Assembly (NCBI RefSeq): GCF_004010195.1
Contig: NC_057720.1
Location: forward strand, 15,723,886 to 15,781,765
DNA from: Chiloscyllium plagiosum
Lineage: Eukaryota
Reading direction: 5' to 3'
DNA: 57,880 nt
Both the position numbers and the translations under genes were made by a program. The notes below the pieces were generated by a model, which ran no database searches, was not told the DNA's origin, and saw nothing but the letters and a program-made list of their open reading frames with translations. Numbering within the stretch: the stretch's first letter is position 1; every line of letters starts with the position of its first letter. Shown in pieces: positions 24,530-36,773 of this stretch.

Positions 24530-25446
24530 TTGTGTGGTGTGACAAAAGGTCCACAAATGTGGATCCTGAGTGAGGATGGAGGGCAAACCGTGGTGGGTGT
24601 GGGGCATAAGTTAGAGTTGTCCCTGTCCGGTCCAAATTGAGATGGCCTGAATGTTGTCTGGAGTCCAAGACGGATTATTCAGTTATGTAGGGCAGGTACT
24701 GAGGAAAAAGATCTGGCTGTAATAGCAGACTGCTTCAGGACGTAGTTGAACAACATCAGGGCAGAGGAGATGACCTGGGGGATGCAGTGAGAGAGACAGG
24801 CTGACTGAGATCCATGTGGAGGGAGGAGAACTTCTTTAAGGTGGGCATCTTTGGAACTGACTTCACAGTAAGGTTACAGGGACTAGAAGGAAGTGAGTAT
24901 ATTAGATTAGATTACTATATTACATTACAGTGTGGAAACAGGCCCTTCGGCCCAACAAGTCCACACCGACCCACCAAAGCGTAACCCACCCATACCCCTA
25001 CATTTACCCCTTACCTAACACTACGGGCAATTTAGCATGGCCAATTCACCTGACCTGCACATTTTTTGTGACTGTGGGAGGAAACTGGAGCACCCGGAGG
25101 AAACCCATGCAGACACGGGGAGAATGTGCAAACTCCACACAGTCAGTCACCTGAGGCGGGAATTGAACCCGGGTCTCTGGCGCTGTGAGGCAGCAGTGCT
25201 AACCACTGTGCCAGCATGCCGCTCCAGTACTGCAGATACTGGAGATCAGAGTCAAAAAGTGTGGCGCTGGAAAAGCATAGCAGGTCAGGCAGCATCCGAG
25301 GAGCAGGAAAGTCGAAGTCCTGATGAAGGGTGTATGCCCGAAACATCAACTCCCCTGCTCCTCAGATGCTGCCTGATCTGTTGTGCTTTTCCAGCACCAC
25401 ACTATCCGACTCTGACTCACCAGCAACTGCAGTCCTCACTCTCTCC
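24530..25446 (-). mobile_element. Penelope family A pLTR fold-back (25228-25446) with an adjoining extension (24530-24897, probably the ORF 5' region), split by a SINE
   Basis: The pLTR terminus ...gaaggaagtgagta|ctgcagat is interrupted by an HE1 SINE. Inverted arms lie around ~25317. Confidence 0.6.
24898..25222 (-). mobile_element. HE1-type tRNA SINE
   Basis: A/B boxes (tggcacagtgg, ggttcaattcc) and (taatc)n tail on the reverse strand. Confidence 0.9.
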
Positions 25447-26114
25447 AATAGGTAAAGTTGGTTTGAAATGGAGAGTATGAGCAGCTATTTGGTTAGGTAA
25501 TGATGCGGATAAGGTATGAGAAGTTGGTTGGGGTTTGGAAGGGAGTTGAGGATATGGGGGCAAGAGAACCCACTATCGAATAAAACAACTGGGACAAAGT
25601 TTGAGAACCAACTCTGCCCTTTTAAAAACCCCATTTTGGATGCCTCTTCAATCTCCTTAGGGGGTAGTGGGCTTGCCTTTGCCTTGCATCACCATCACGC
25701 CACCATCTGGGGGATGTTCCCCCGAGGCAAGAGTGGGGAACTGGGCGATTTCTTGAGCTACCTGATTCAGGAGAAAATCTGAGCAATTCTCTTCTTGTCT
25801 ATGTTGCCCAACCCGTTCATAGTTTTAAAGACTTCCAACATGTCAGTGTAAGTTCTTCGACCTCCTTAAGAAGAAAGCTCTAGCCTGTTGAATCTTTCTC
25901 CACAGCTGTACGTTCTCATTTCTGGTGCTATTATTATAAATTGTTGATGTGCACATTCTCACATGTGTCTATATGTGTTTTCCACTCACCACTTTTGACG
26001 TGTTATATCAGCAATATACGACATCGCAAACAATTGGACAAGTGCATGCTTATCATGTATTGTGATATACTTCAGATATTGTGGTATGGGGTTCAATTTA
26101 CCCAGTGCATATAT

Positions 26115-26450
26115 GGACACGGTGACTCACTGGTTAGCACTGCTGCCTCACAGCACCAAATACCCAGCTTTGATCCCATCCCTGGGCGACTATCCATACA
26201 GAGTTCACACATTCACCCTCTTTCACCCTCAGTATCCTCTGGGTGCTCCAGTTTCCTCCCGCAGTCCAAAGATGTTCAGGTTAGGTGGACTGGCTAAATT
26301 GCCCACAGTGTCCAGGGACGTGCAGGCTAGATGGACTAGGTATGAGAAATGCAGGGTTACAGGGATAGGGTCGAAGGCGTGGATCTGGATGAGATGCACT
26401 TTGGAAGGTTGGTGTGGACTTGATGAGCCAGACACATAGGGATTCTATGA
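26115..26450 (+). mobile_element. HE1-type SINE, diverged
   Basis: tggttagcactgctgcctcacagc head and CR1-like tail. Confidence 0.8.
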
Positions 26451-26794
26451 CATAGGTCATCAGTGACCTTTACCCCATATATCAAGTTAAGGTGGATTTT
26501 TCCATTAAAGATAGAAAGTTTTACATTAGTCAAATTAGTTTGGACATGAAATCATTTGGGCGTAATTTTACATTAGTCAAATTTTGTGCCCAAAAGATTT
26601 CATGTGCAAACCAAAATTTGCATTTGCATTATTTTCTTCTAGTCATCAGCAAGCTATACAAATAAAACATTAAGGTGAGTTGCAAAGTATACTGTTAGAT
26701 ATCTTTAATTGCCATAAAGCCTTGTTACAAAAGACCTTGCTGCACATGATATCATGAAGCTCACCAGAAAGTGACTGTATTCATACTGGTGACA

Positions 26795-27145
26795 GGGGAG
26801 ATCGTGGCATAGTGACTAATAATCCAGATGCTCGACTAATAGTTTGGTGACATGGGTTTAAAACTCGCCATGACAGCTGGTAGAATTACCATTCGATTAA
26901 TTAACAAAGAAATCCTGGAATTGAACTTAGGTCATGGAATGGTGAACATGAAACCATCATTGATTATTGTATAAAACCCCATCCTTATGTCACTAGCTGA
27001 TCTGACCTGCAAGTGACTCATAGCAATGTGGTTAACTCTTAACTGCCCTCTATAATCACCTAACCAGTTGCACAACCACTGCAGTAAGGTTCAACATCAT
27101 CATATTTTCAAGGGCAATTAGGGATGGGGAATAAAAGAAGCTTGG
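26795..27145 (+). mobile_element. tRNA-derived SINE of a third family, with a LINE-like 3' end
   Basis: gtggcatagtg...taatccaga...gggtttaaaactc head; a similar copy lies at 29040-29730. Confidence 0.55.
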
Positions 27146-27189
27146 TCAGGACAGCAATATCCAGATCCCACAAAATGCTTCAACAAATA

Positions 27190-27497
27190 TAGCACGGTGG
27201 CTCAGTGGTTAGTACTGCTGCCTCACAGTACCAGTCAATTCCACCCTTGGGTGACTGTCTGTGTGGAGTTTGCACACCTCTGCGTGGGTTTCTCCCGTAG
27301 TCCAAAGATGTGCAGGTTAGGTAGATTAGCTGTGTTAAATTGCCCATAGTATGCAGGGATGTGTGTATTAGCCATGGGAAATGCAGGGTTACAGGGATTG
27401 GGTAGCAGGATGGGTCTGGGTGGGATGCCCTTCAGAGAGTCAGTGTGGACTTAACGGGCTGAACAGCCTGCTTCCATGATGTAGGGATTCTATGATG
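27190..27497 (+). mobile_element. HE1-type SINE
   Basis: gcacggtggctcagtggttag head. Confidence 0.8.
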
Positions 27498-29039
27498 ACA
27501 CTCCCTTCACTGAAGGCCCCACTTTTAACAGAATTGCAGGATCTCCACAAGGTCCTTGTATTTTCTTCTGACATGCAGTTGAACACCATCTGGTACAGAC
27601 ACAGGCAAGGAGCACTGGAGTTCACAGGAGGAGGAACTGATTCGCTTGCAACAGATTTTTGGTGTAAGAACCTTTGGTTAGGATCACATATTTTGTCGTG
27701 TACAGATGGCCCTGTTATGACTCGCTGATTTTTGAATGTTTAGTACCGATCACTCTTGTATGAATTCAATGTGGGAAAGAGCTGCAGGCAGTAGTAGGGA
27801 TTTAACAACTGATTTCAGTGGGAGGGATGTGAACAACAGCAGGATGCAGCTCAGGTCAGTTTGATCTGACTAGAATTTGCCATTCCTGGGGTGGTGAAAA
27901 TAACAAGATAATTAAGTCACACAGATTTATGCCTCTGATATAATTGACTGGATTTCCCCTCTTTCTCACCAAGTAGCACTGGGCCAGGAATTCTGTCTGG
28001 TGTTAGTACTTGGTCGTATTCTCCTCAGCTGAGAATCTTTTCAAAAGAAAGCAACATTGCATTTATGCACAAATGCTCTATTGCCCTGCTAGCTATTATG
28101 TATTTTTTGAACTTAAATCACTGAATGATTAGTGCAAGACCCTTAAAATATAGCAAGTTTATTATCTACTGTATTTAGAATCTAATTTATCATGGCCAAA
28201 TTGAAATGCTTTCTCTTTAAAACTAGCTCTCAAATCCTTGTATCAAATTCGCCTCTGCTCTATTTGAATTGAAAGTTAATCTATTCAACGTTTCCGACTG
28301 CACTAAAATAATAGAGAGGAATTTGAGACAAGATTATTAAATACTTGTACAGTACACTTCCAGACTGAAAACTTTTGGGCGAGTTTTCTTTAATATAAAC
28401 AATTTTGCAATTTTCTTTTTCTTCTGTCTGCTGATTACTCTAGACCAGAGTACAGACACAAGTACAAGGGTAATGCACTTTACTCACATGTATAGTCTTT
28501 ATGGTAATAGTCAAGCAAGCCTCATCAAACTAATTTGTGTGGACAACCACCAAGCATAATCTCTTTTCAAATATCCATTAGTGAATTCACAGAGGTAGAT
28601 GAATTCTTCTGGCAATAATTAACTTGAAGATATGCTTGTGTATATTAACACTTTAAGATTAGTTTCAGCACTCGATTTCATTTCATGCCAAAACAAATCC
28701 TATTGTGCTAAATGTATGATAACCTCAAGTATCTCTTTCACTATTGTTTAATTAACCTGCTAATAGCCACATGACAGCATCTTCATTTGCCTGATTAACT
28801 AAAATATTAGCTCATACATTAGGCCCGCATATCTGAAATCAGTTGCTAAACTATTTCTGTAACGTTTGTTCACTGCAATCATTGCAAATCTAATGGGACC
28901 ACTGTTAATTTTTCAAGTTTCATATTTTACTAGGTATTATAATAAAAAAAGTCAACATTTAGCAACATAATGTTATAGGTTTAAGCTCCTTCCAAAGCTG
29001 AGCTATATAATCTAGACTGACACGTTTGAACACATGGAA

Positions 29040-29730
29040 GGTGATGGAGCAGTGGTAATATCACTCGACGAGTAATCCAGAACCCCAGTCCAATCTTCTG
29101 AGAATGTGACTTTAAAACCCATGAAGGTGAAATTTGAATTCAATAAAAAGAGTGCAATTAAAAGCTAACCTCATGTGACCCTGCAAACCTTGTTGATTTT
29201 TGTGCCTGCTGCACTAACAAAGGAAACCTGCTGTCCTTACCCGGCCTGGCCTCCATATGACTCCAGACCCAGAACAATGGGATTAAGGGTGGTATGGTGG
29301 CTCACTGGTTAGCACTGTTATCACACAGCGCCAGGGGCCTGGGTTTGACTCCACCCTCAGGTGACTGACCGTGTGGAGGTTGCACATTGAACAACTCCAG
29401 GTGCTCCGGTTTCCAACCATAGTGAGAAAGATGTGCAAGTTAGGTGCGTTGGCCATGCTAAATTGCCCCATAGTGTCCAGGGATGTGTGGGCTAGATGGA
29501 TTAGCCATGGGAAATGCAGGGTTACAGGGATGGTGTGGGTCTGGAGAGGATGTTCTTCAGAGGGTTGCTGTGGACATGATAGGCCCAATGGCCAGTTTCC
29601 ACACTGCAGCAATTCTATTCTATGACTCTTAACTGACCTCTAGATTGCCACTCTGTTGAAGAGCAACTAGGAATGGGCAACAAATTCTGAACCTTGTCAA
29701 CAACGCTCACATCCCACACATGAAGAAAGA
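29040..29730 (+). mobile_element. Third-family SINE split by an HE1-type SINE (29287-29625)
   Basis: gcagtggtaatatcactcgacgagtaatccag head. The sequence resumes at gactcttaactg after the HE1 tail. Confidence 0.7.
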
Positions 29731-30654
29731 AATGATACAAGCTGTGTTGTTGGAGATGGCATCCTTCAGAAGATGTTAAAAGTTCAGCCAATTTGGATTG
29801 CCCAGCTGGACTTTGGAGAGCCCAAGGCATATTCATAGAACAAGAATTTCTTCCAGTTCTCAGGCCAGCTTTCTCTCTTTGTGCTTGTTTTTATTCGTTA
29901 GCAAGCCAAGACAAGATTAACTGGGTATCTTATTCTCATAAGGACAACACCACAGAGAGGAGAGATCAAAGAAAAATGGAAAGGATTATTTGGGTTCAAG
30001 CTTGGACAGTGACTTACAAGAATGATCACTGGAGACAGGAAGCTGATCTAAGACCTTGTTTTGGTCTTTTAAGGAGAATGTGGAATGTGGATATTTAGCT
30101 GTGAGCACTGAAGTAAAAGCTGTAAGAACAAATTTTGGAAGCCTCAAACAAAACAGAGGTTGTGTTTTCTGTGTGGTGCACTTGGCATATGGAGCAAATT
30201 CTCCATGAAGACAAGTACTAATTAAGTCCGCTGAAAAATAAACTGTATATCTTTCTCTGGATTTTTTTTCTTTCTTTTACTCTCTTTTCCTTATCAAAAT
30301 ATTTTCAGCTTTTCTTAATCTCCCTTCCAGTGTTAACGTCTGTGGTGTAATTCTCAGAGCCTGAGATGAGGAAAATTTGTCCGACGGTTAATGCTTCTGC
30401 TGTTCTCCTGCATTTTCAGACCTTAAAGATTCACAATATTCTTTTTCACAGCTTCATGAGATACCCTCTGATCAGTCTTGGGAAGTAGTTTGAACAAAGA
30501 AAATGCTTTTTAAAAAAAATTCATTCAACAAGGTGAACATTTATTGCCTGTCCTTAATTACCCTTAAGAAAGGTGCACTGAGCCACTCTCTTGAACTGTG
30601 GCTGTCCATGAAGTGTAAATACCTTGAGGCTGTTGTTAGGAAAGCAGTCTTAGA

Positions 30655-30988
30655 AAAGGATCATCAAATTCCTATGGCATGGCAGCAGGACCATCAATAC
30701 CACACTAACCCTCCAAAGAGCATTACATCCAGACCACCCTGCAACCCTACCCCTGCATTTCCCATGGCTCATCCACCTACCCTACATATCCCTGGACTCT
30801 ATGTGCAACCTAGTATGGCCAATCCATCCAAATTTGGAATGTGGGAGGAAACCAGAGCACTCGGAGAAAACTCAGGCAGACACGGGGAGAATGTGCAAAC
30901 TCCACACAGTCACCTGAGGGTGAAATCAAACCCATTCCCTGATGCTGTGAGGCAGCAGTGCTAACCACTGAGCCATCGTGCTGTCCCA
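30655..30988 (-). mobile_element. HE1-type SINE
   Basis: Reverse-strand gcacgatggctcagtggttagcactgctgcctcacagc. Confidence 0.8.
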
Positions 30989-31589
30989 TAATTCCAGGAC
31001 TTTATCCCAACAAGCTCTGATTCAAGAATTATAGGAGAATTGCTTCCATGTCTGTGTCCTACTAGGTGTTAGATGTTACATGTTTGGAAGTTATTGTTGA
31101 AGGAACATTGGTGTGTTACTGAAGTGCACCTTGTTGATGTGACACCATGTACTATGTACCAGAGAGATGGAATGATTTCAGTAGTGAATGGGGCGCTGAT
31201 CAAGTGAGATATTTCTCTTGAATGGTCTCGAGTTTCTTGAATATTTTTGGAGCTACACTCATCCAGGCATGCAGAGAGCTTTCCATCACACTCATAGCCT
31301 GTTCCTTATAGATGTGGTCAGGCATTCAGGAAATAGGAAGTGAATTAATCACCAAAGAATTTGCACCATCTAACCTGCTCTTGTTGTGGGAGGTTTTATT
31401 GTCCAGTTCAGTTTTGGGTCAATGGTAACCCCAGGATGTTGATAGTGGAACATTCATTGCTATTGAATGACATGTTGCCATGACTTGGAGACAGTCTGAA
31501 TTACTCTCATTGGAGGTGATCATTACCTGGCACTTGTGCGGTATAATGTTATTTGCCATTTATCAGCTCAAGTTTGATCATTATCTAAA

Positions 31590-31770
31590 TTGAAAATCAC
31601 ACAACACCAGATTAGAATCCAACAGAATTATTTGACAATACAAGTTTCCTCAACCTTCATCCTGAGTGCTGATCCTTCATCAGGTGACTAGTGGAGCAGG
31701 ATACATAGGACAGACAATTTATAAGTAACAGATCAATATGTCATACAACTGATGCGATGTATTAAGCATC
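31590..31770 (-). mobile_element. Degenerate Penelope pLTR (family B) inside an old LINE remnant
   Basis: aaatcacacaacaccag...ccttcatcaggtg. Confidence 0.6.
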
Positions 31771-32894
31771 ATTTAAGTCATGGTGCATGTGGGCACAGAC
31801 TGATTCGGTTTCTGAGGACCATGCAGAGATACCCACATCTGACCTGATGTTGCAAGGAAGGCTATTCATGAAGACTACCTTGAACTCTGATCTGAGGAAT
31901 CAAGACGGAGGTTATTACTGTCCAACAGCCACAATACACTTCCTTTGAGTAAGGTCTGACTCTAACAAGTGGAGAGATTTCCCCATTGGAGACTCACACT
32001 GACTACAATCTTCCCCTTTCACAGGGCACCAAATCCTGACTTCCTCTACAAAACACCCTGACAAAAGTTGGGTAGGGCATATGGAAAGTGCAGTCTACTA
32101 GACTCACTCAACTTGTATTTCCAAGTTCTTAATCAGGCCTGTTAATTGGAAGGGGATTTTGCCCAGAAAATGAGACAGGAATGTCAATCACTACCACAGG
32201 CTGGAAACATCTTCAAGAGCAAAAGAAAGGATGTTTTTAAAAACAAATTGCTTCACCTCTCTGTGGCTGCCTTTTTATGATCTTCTGATCTTTGCTGCCC
32301 ACTCATATGCTTTAACCTGAGGAGACTGGACTCAAAACACCAAGCCTATTGTAGCAATCTTACTTTTTGACATTTGCACAATGAAGACTCAGGAAGCTAA
32401 GAGCAGAAACACAAAGACATTGGAAACGCTGAAATTTGTTTGGCTACTGCTCAATATTTCCTAATCTTCGAAGAAAACTCTAGAGTGTAAGAGAAGCAGA
32501 AACTAGGTGTTACATGCCTTCTCCTCATCACCTCTGCTTTGCATCTGAAAAATCAATGAGCCAAAGAGGGACAAATCAACTATTTGCACTTGGTGTGAAA
32601 AAGAAATCCAATTTTCCTGCAGGCAGATTTAGCAATTGAAGAGAATTGAGAGCTTCACTTGAAGTCTGAAGAAATAATGAAGTCAGTGTCAATAGATGGT
32701 GGAGAAAGAGATGGTGGTTGCTGAGGGAGTTGTAGTTTCAAGAATCCCCAGGCAGGTGAATCTATATCTCAGTATTTATCCTGTCAAGACCCTGTTTCTG
32801 CCCTCTCAATTTTATTTTACTGTCCATTTTTGGCACATTTGCTTTTGATCTACTTCAATTTTCATCAACGGGGAGTCTGTAACGTGCCTGAAAA

Positions 32895-33710
32895 TGACCT
32901 TTTCCCAGGGTTAAAGAATCCAAAACAAAGAGGGCGTAGGTTTAAGGTGAGAGGGGAAAGATTTAAAAGGGACCTGAGGGCAACTTTTTTCACACAGAAG
33001 GTGGTGCATGTATGGAATGAGCTGCCAGAAGAAGTGATAGAGGCTGGTACAATTGCAACGTTTAAAAGGCATCTGGATGGATATATGAATACGAAAGGTT
33101 GCGAGGGATATGGTCCAAATGCAGGCAAGTGGGACCAGTTCAATTTAGGAAACCTAGTCAGCATGGACAACTTGGGCAGAAGGGCCTGTTTCTGTGCTGT
33201 GTGGCTCTATGACCTCAATTCACCAAAGATCCTCAGACAGCACCTTCCAAATATATGAATACGAAAAGTTGCGAGGGATATGGTCCAAATGCAGGCAAGT
33301 GGGACCAGTTCAATTTAGGAAACCTGGTCAGCATGGACAACTTGGGCAGAAGGGCCTGTTTCTGTGCTGTGTGGCTCTATGACCTCAATTCACCAAAGAT
33401 CCTCAGACAGCACCTTCCAAACCCACAACCATTTCCATTTAGAAGGACAAGGACAGCATGTATATGGGAAAACCACCACCTTCGATTTCCCCACCAAGTT
33501 ACTAACCATCCTGACTTGGAAATATATCACTCTTCCTTCAGTATCGCTGGGTCAAAATCCTGGATTTCCCTCCCTCATGGCATTGCGGGTCAACGTACAG
33601 CAGTTGGACGGCAAGAAGGAAGCTAACCACCTTCTAAAGGGAAACTAGGGATGGAAAATAAAGGCTGGCCACCCAGCGATGCCTCCATCCCACAAAATGA
33701 ATAAATAAAT
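32895..33710 (+). mobile_element. CR1 3' end followed by another LINE tail; contains a 170-bp tandem duplication
   Basis: RFKVRGERFKRDLRATFFTQKVVHVWNELP. Confidence 0.8.
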
Positions 33711-34459
33711 TTAAAAATGTGGCCACTGTCTAAAAGCATCAGTAAAATGTTCTGACTGGCAAATGTGAGTCACGGTTCTGAAATGAAGCTACATTTTATC
33801 TAAATGACTTCAATGTATGTTGGAATGATTGACTTGGACAGATCTGGATTATTTTAGCATTTCCATCATGACAGTGATGCCTCTTCAGGTCTACTTGTCT
33901 TGACATTTACTTAATAATTTCCGGACAGCACAACCTCCATACTTTTGTTTATCCTTTAACTTTTGGATACTGGGATGGAGAAAAGGACAATGTTATGATT
34001 GCACTGTGGTTTTGTTACTTACCAGAAAAGAAGGCTATCCTTTGGGGGGAGGAGATTTGTACATAAAAGTGAGGATGTCATGCTACAGATATACCGAGGC
34101 CATACCTTAAATACTGCGAGCTGTTTTGGTCTCCTCATTGAAGGAAGGAAGTAGTTGAGAGGAGCTTATACAGGGATTGGGCAGGTTGTCCTAACCCCAG
34201 AATAGGTTGGACAGATTGGACTTACTTCCAATGCATTTTTTAAAGAAGTGAGAGGTGACTTCTTTTGATGTGAGTAAGATCCAGTCTGGTTTTGATGAGG
34301 TGGATATTGAAAGGATGTGAGGTGGGTGAGTCCAGAACTTGGTGGGGCACCATTTTGACATTAGCGATTGTTCACACCTTTAGGACAAAGATGAGGAGAA
34401 ATTTTCCCTTTCAAAGGATGGTCTGGCATTGGAATTCATGGCCACTAGAGGAAGAGTTA

Positions 34460-34930
34460 GAGTCAAAGAAATGTACAGCACAGAAACAAACCCTTCGGTC
34501 CAACTTATCTGTGCCGACCAGATATTCTGAATTAATCTAGTCCCATTTGCCAGCTTTTGGCCCATAACCATCTAAACCCTTCTCATTCATATACCCATCC
34601 AGATGCCTTTTAAATGCTGTAATTGTATCAGCCTCCACCACTTCCTCTGGCAGCTCATTTCATACACACATCACCCTCTGTGTGAAAAAGTTGCCCCTTA
34701 GGTCCCTTTTATGTCTTTCCCCTCTCACCCTAAACCTATGCCCTCTAGTTCTGAACTTCCCTACCCCAGGGAAAGGATCTTGTCTATTTATTCTATCCAT
34801 GTCCCTCATGATTTTAAAAACCTCTATAAGGTCACCCCTCAGCATCTGACGCTCCGGAGAAATAGCCCCAGCCTATTCAGCCTCTCCCGACAGCTCAAAC
34901 CCTCCAATCCCAGCAACATCCTTGTATATT
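34460..34930 (-). mobile_element. CR1 3' end
   Basis: LRGDLIEVFKIM...TRGHRFRVRG...FFTQRV. Confidence 0.85.
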
Positions 34931-35079
34931 TTTAAGGTGGAGGTATTTTAAAGAAATAATTCATTTTTGTTTGCTAGGGTATCAAACAGTGTCAGGAAGA
35001 TAGGAATATGGAATTCTGTACACAAACAGGTCAATCTTGTTGATTGGTGACCCTAGGCTGAATTAGATTATAGCTTGTC

Positions 35080-36773
35080 ACTCATTCCGTACCACACTCT
35101 GCGTGAAAAAGTTGCCCCTTGGCTCTCTTTTATATCTTTCCCCTCTCACCCTAAACCTATGTCCTCTAGTTCTGGACTCCACAACCCCAGGGAAAAGACT
35201 TTGCCTATTTATCCTATCCATGACCCTCATAATTTTGTAAACCTCTATAAGGTCACCCCTCAGCCTCCGACGCTCCAGGGAAAACAGCCCCAGCCTGTTC
35301 AGCCTCTCCCTTTGGCTCAGATCCTCCAACCCTGGTAACATCCTTGTAAATCTTTTCTGAACNNNNNNNNNNNNNNNNNNNNNNNNNNNNNNNNNNNNNN
35401 NNNNNNNNNNNNNNNNNNNNNNNNNNNNNNNNNNNNNNNNNNNNNNNNNNNNNNNNNNNNNNNNNNNNNNNNNNNNNNNNNNNNNNNNNNNNNNNNNNNN
35501 NNNNNNNNNNNNNNNNNNNNNNNNNNNNNNNNNNNNNNNNNNNNNNNNNNNNNNNNNNNNNNNNNNNNNNNNNNNNNNNNNNNNNNNNNNNNNNNNNNNN
35601 NNNNNNNNNNNNNNNNNNNNNNNNNNNNNNNNNNNNNNNNNNNNNNNNNNNNNNNNNNNNNNNNNNNNNNNNNNNNNNNNNNNNNNNNNNNNNNNNNNNN
35701 NNNNNNNNNNNNNNNNNNNNNNNNNNNNNNNNNNNNNNNNNNNNNNNNNNNNNNNNNNNNNNNNNNNNNNNNNNNNNNNNNNNNNNNNNNNNNNNNNNNN
35801 NNNNNNNNNNNNNNNNNNNNNNNNNNNNNNNNNNNNNNNNNNNNNNNNNNNNNNNNNNNNNNNNNNNNNNNNNNNNNNNNNNNNNNNNNNNNNNNNNNNN
35901 NNNNNNNNNNNNNNNNNNNNNNNNNNNNNNNNNNNNNNNNNNNNNNNNNNNNNNNNNNNNNNNNNNNNNNNNNNNNNNNNNNNNNNNNNNNNNNNNNNNN
36001 NNNNNNNNNNNNNNNNNNNNNNNNNNNNNNNNNNNNNNNNNNNNNNNNNNNNNNNNNNNNNNNNNNNNNNNNNNNNNNNNNNNNNNNNNNNNNNNNNNNN
36101 NNNNNNNNNNNNNNNNNNNNNNNNNNNNNNNNTTTCAAGACATCCAGCACTTCTTCCTCTGTAATCTGGTCATTTTGCAAGATGTCACCATCTATTTCCC
36201 TACAGTCTATATCTTCCATATCCTTTTCCACAGTAAATACTGATGCAAAATATTCATTTAGTATCTCCCCCATTTTCTGTGGCTCCACACAAAGGCCGCC
36301 TTGCTGATCTTTGAGGGGCCCTATTCTCTCCCTAGTTACCCTTTTGTCCTTAATATATTTGTAAACCCCTTTGGATTCTCCTTAATTCTATTTGTCAAAG
36401 CTATCTCATGTCCCCGTTTGCCCTCCTGATTTCCCTCTTAAGTATACTCCTACTTTCTTTATACTCTTCTAAGGATTCGTTCGATCTATCCTGTCTATAC
36501 CTGACATATGCTTCCTTCTTTTTCTTAACTAAACCCTCAATTTCTTTAGTCATCCAGCATTCCCTATAGTTACCAGCCTTCCTGGTGGAGGCTGGTACAA
36601 TTGCAACATTTAAGAGGCATTTGGATGGGTATATGAATAGGAAGGGTTTGGAGGGATATAGGCCAGGTACTGGCAGGTGGGACTAGATTGGGTTGGGATA
36701 TCTGATCGGCATGGACAGGTCGGACCGAAGGGTTTGTTTCCATGCTGTACATCTCTATGACTCTATGACTCTA
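35080..36773. mobile_element. CR1 LINE with a 5' inversion (35080-36581 minus, 36582-36773 plus); contains an assembly gap at 35363-36132
   Basis: The minus segment ends at ...ggaatgag and the plus segment starts at ggtggaggctggtac. These are near-adjacent in the uninverted copy at ~42350-42385. Confidence 0.75.

Larger units (their letters stand above)
22990..24530 (-). mobile_element. Old CR1 LINE fragment with nested insertions
   Basis: AHGIQ...SWIQNWLSDRRWRVV and MDFSKAFDKVP remnants. Confidence 0.75.

Noticed and set aside
27599..27663. Coding-looking TGKEHWSSQEEELIRLQQIFG before a gtaaga donor
   Set aside because: Weak acceptor, no recognisable family, and the phase does not fit the other candidates.
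29793..30210. ORF containing PCFGLLRRMWN, reminiscent of neurotrophin CRGIDKRHWN, near a pyrimidine-rich acceptor
   Set aside because: It lacks the flanking cysteines, stops immediately and has no good donor. Nearby LCFLCGALG resembles a decayed gag zinc knuckle, so a retroelement remnant or chance is more likely.
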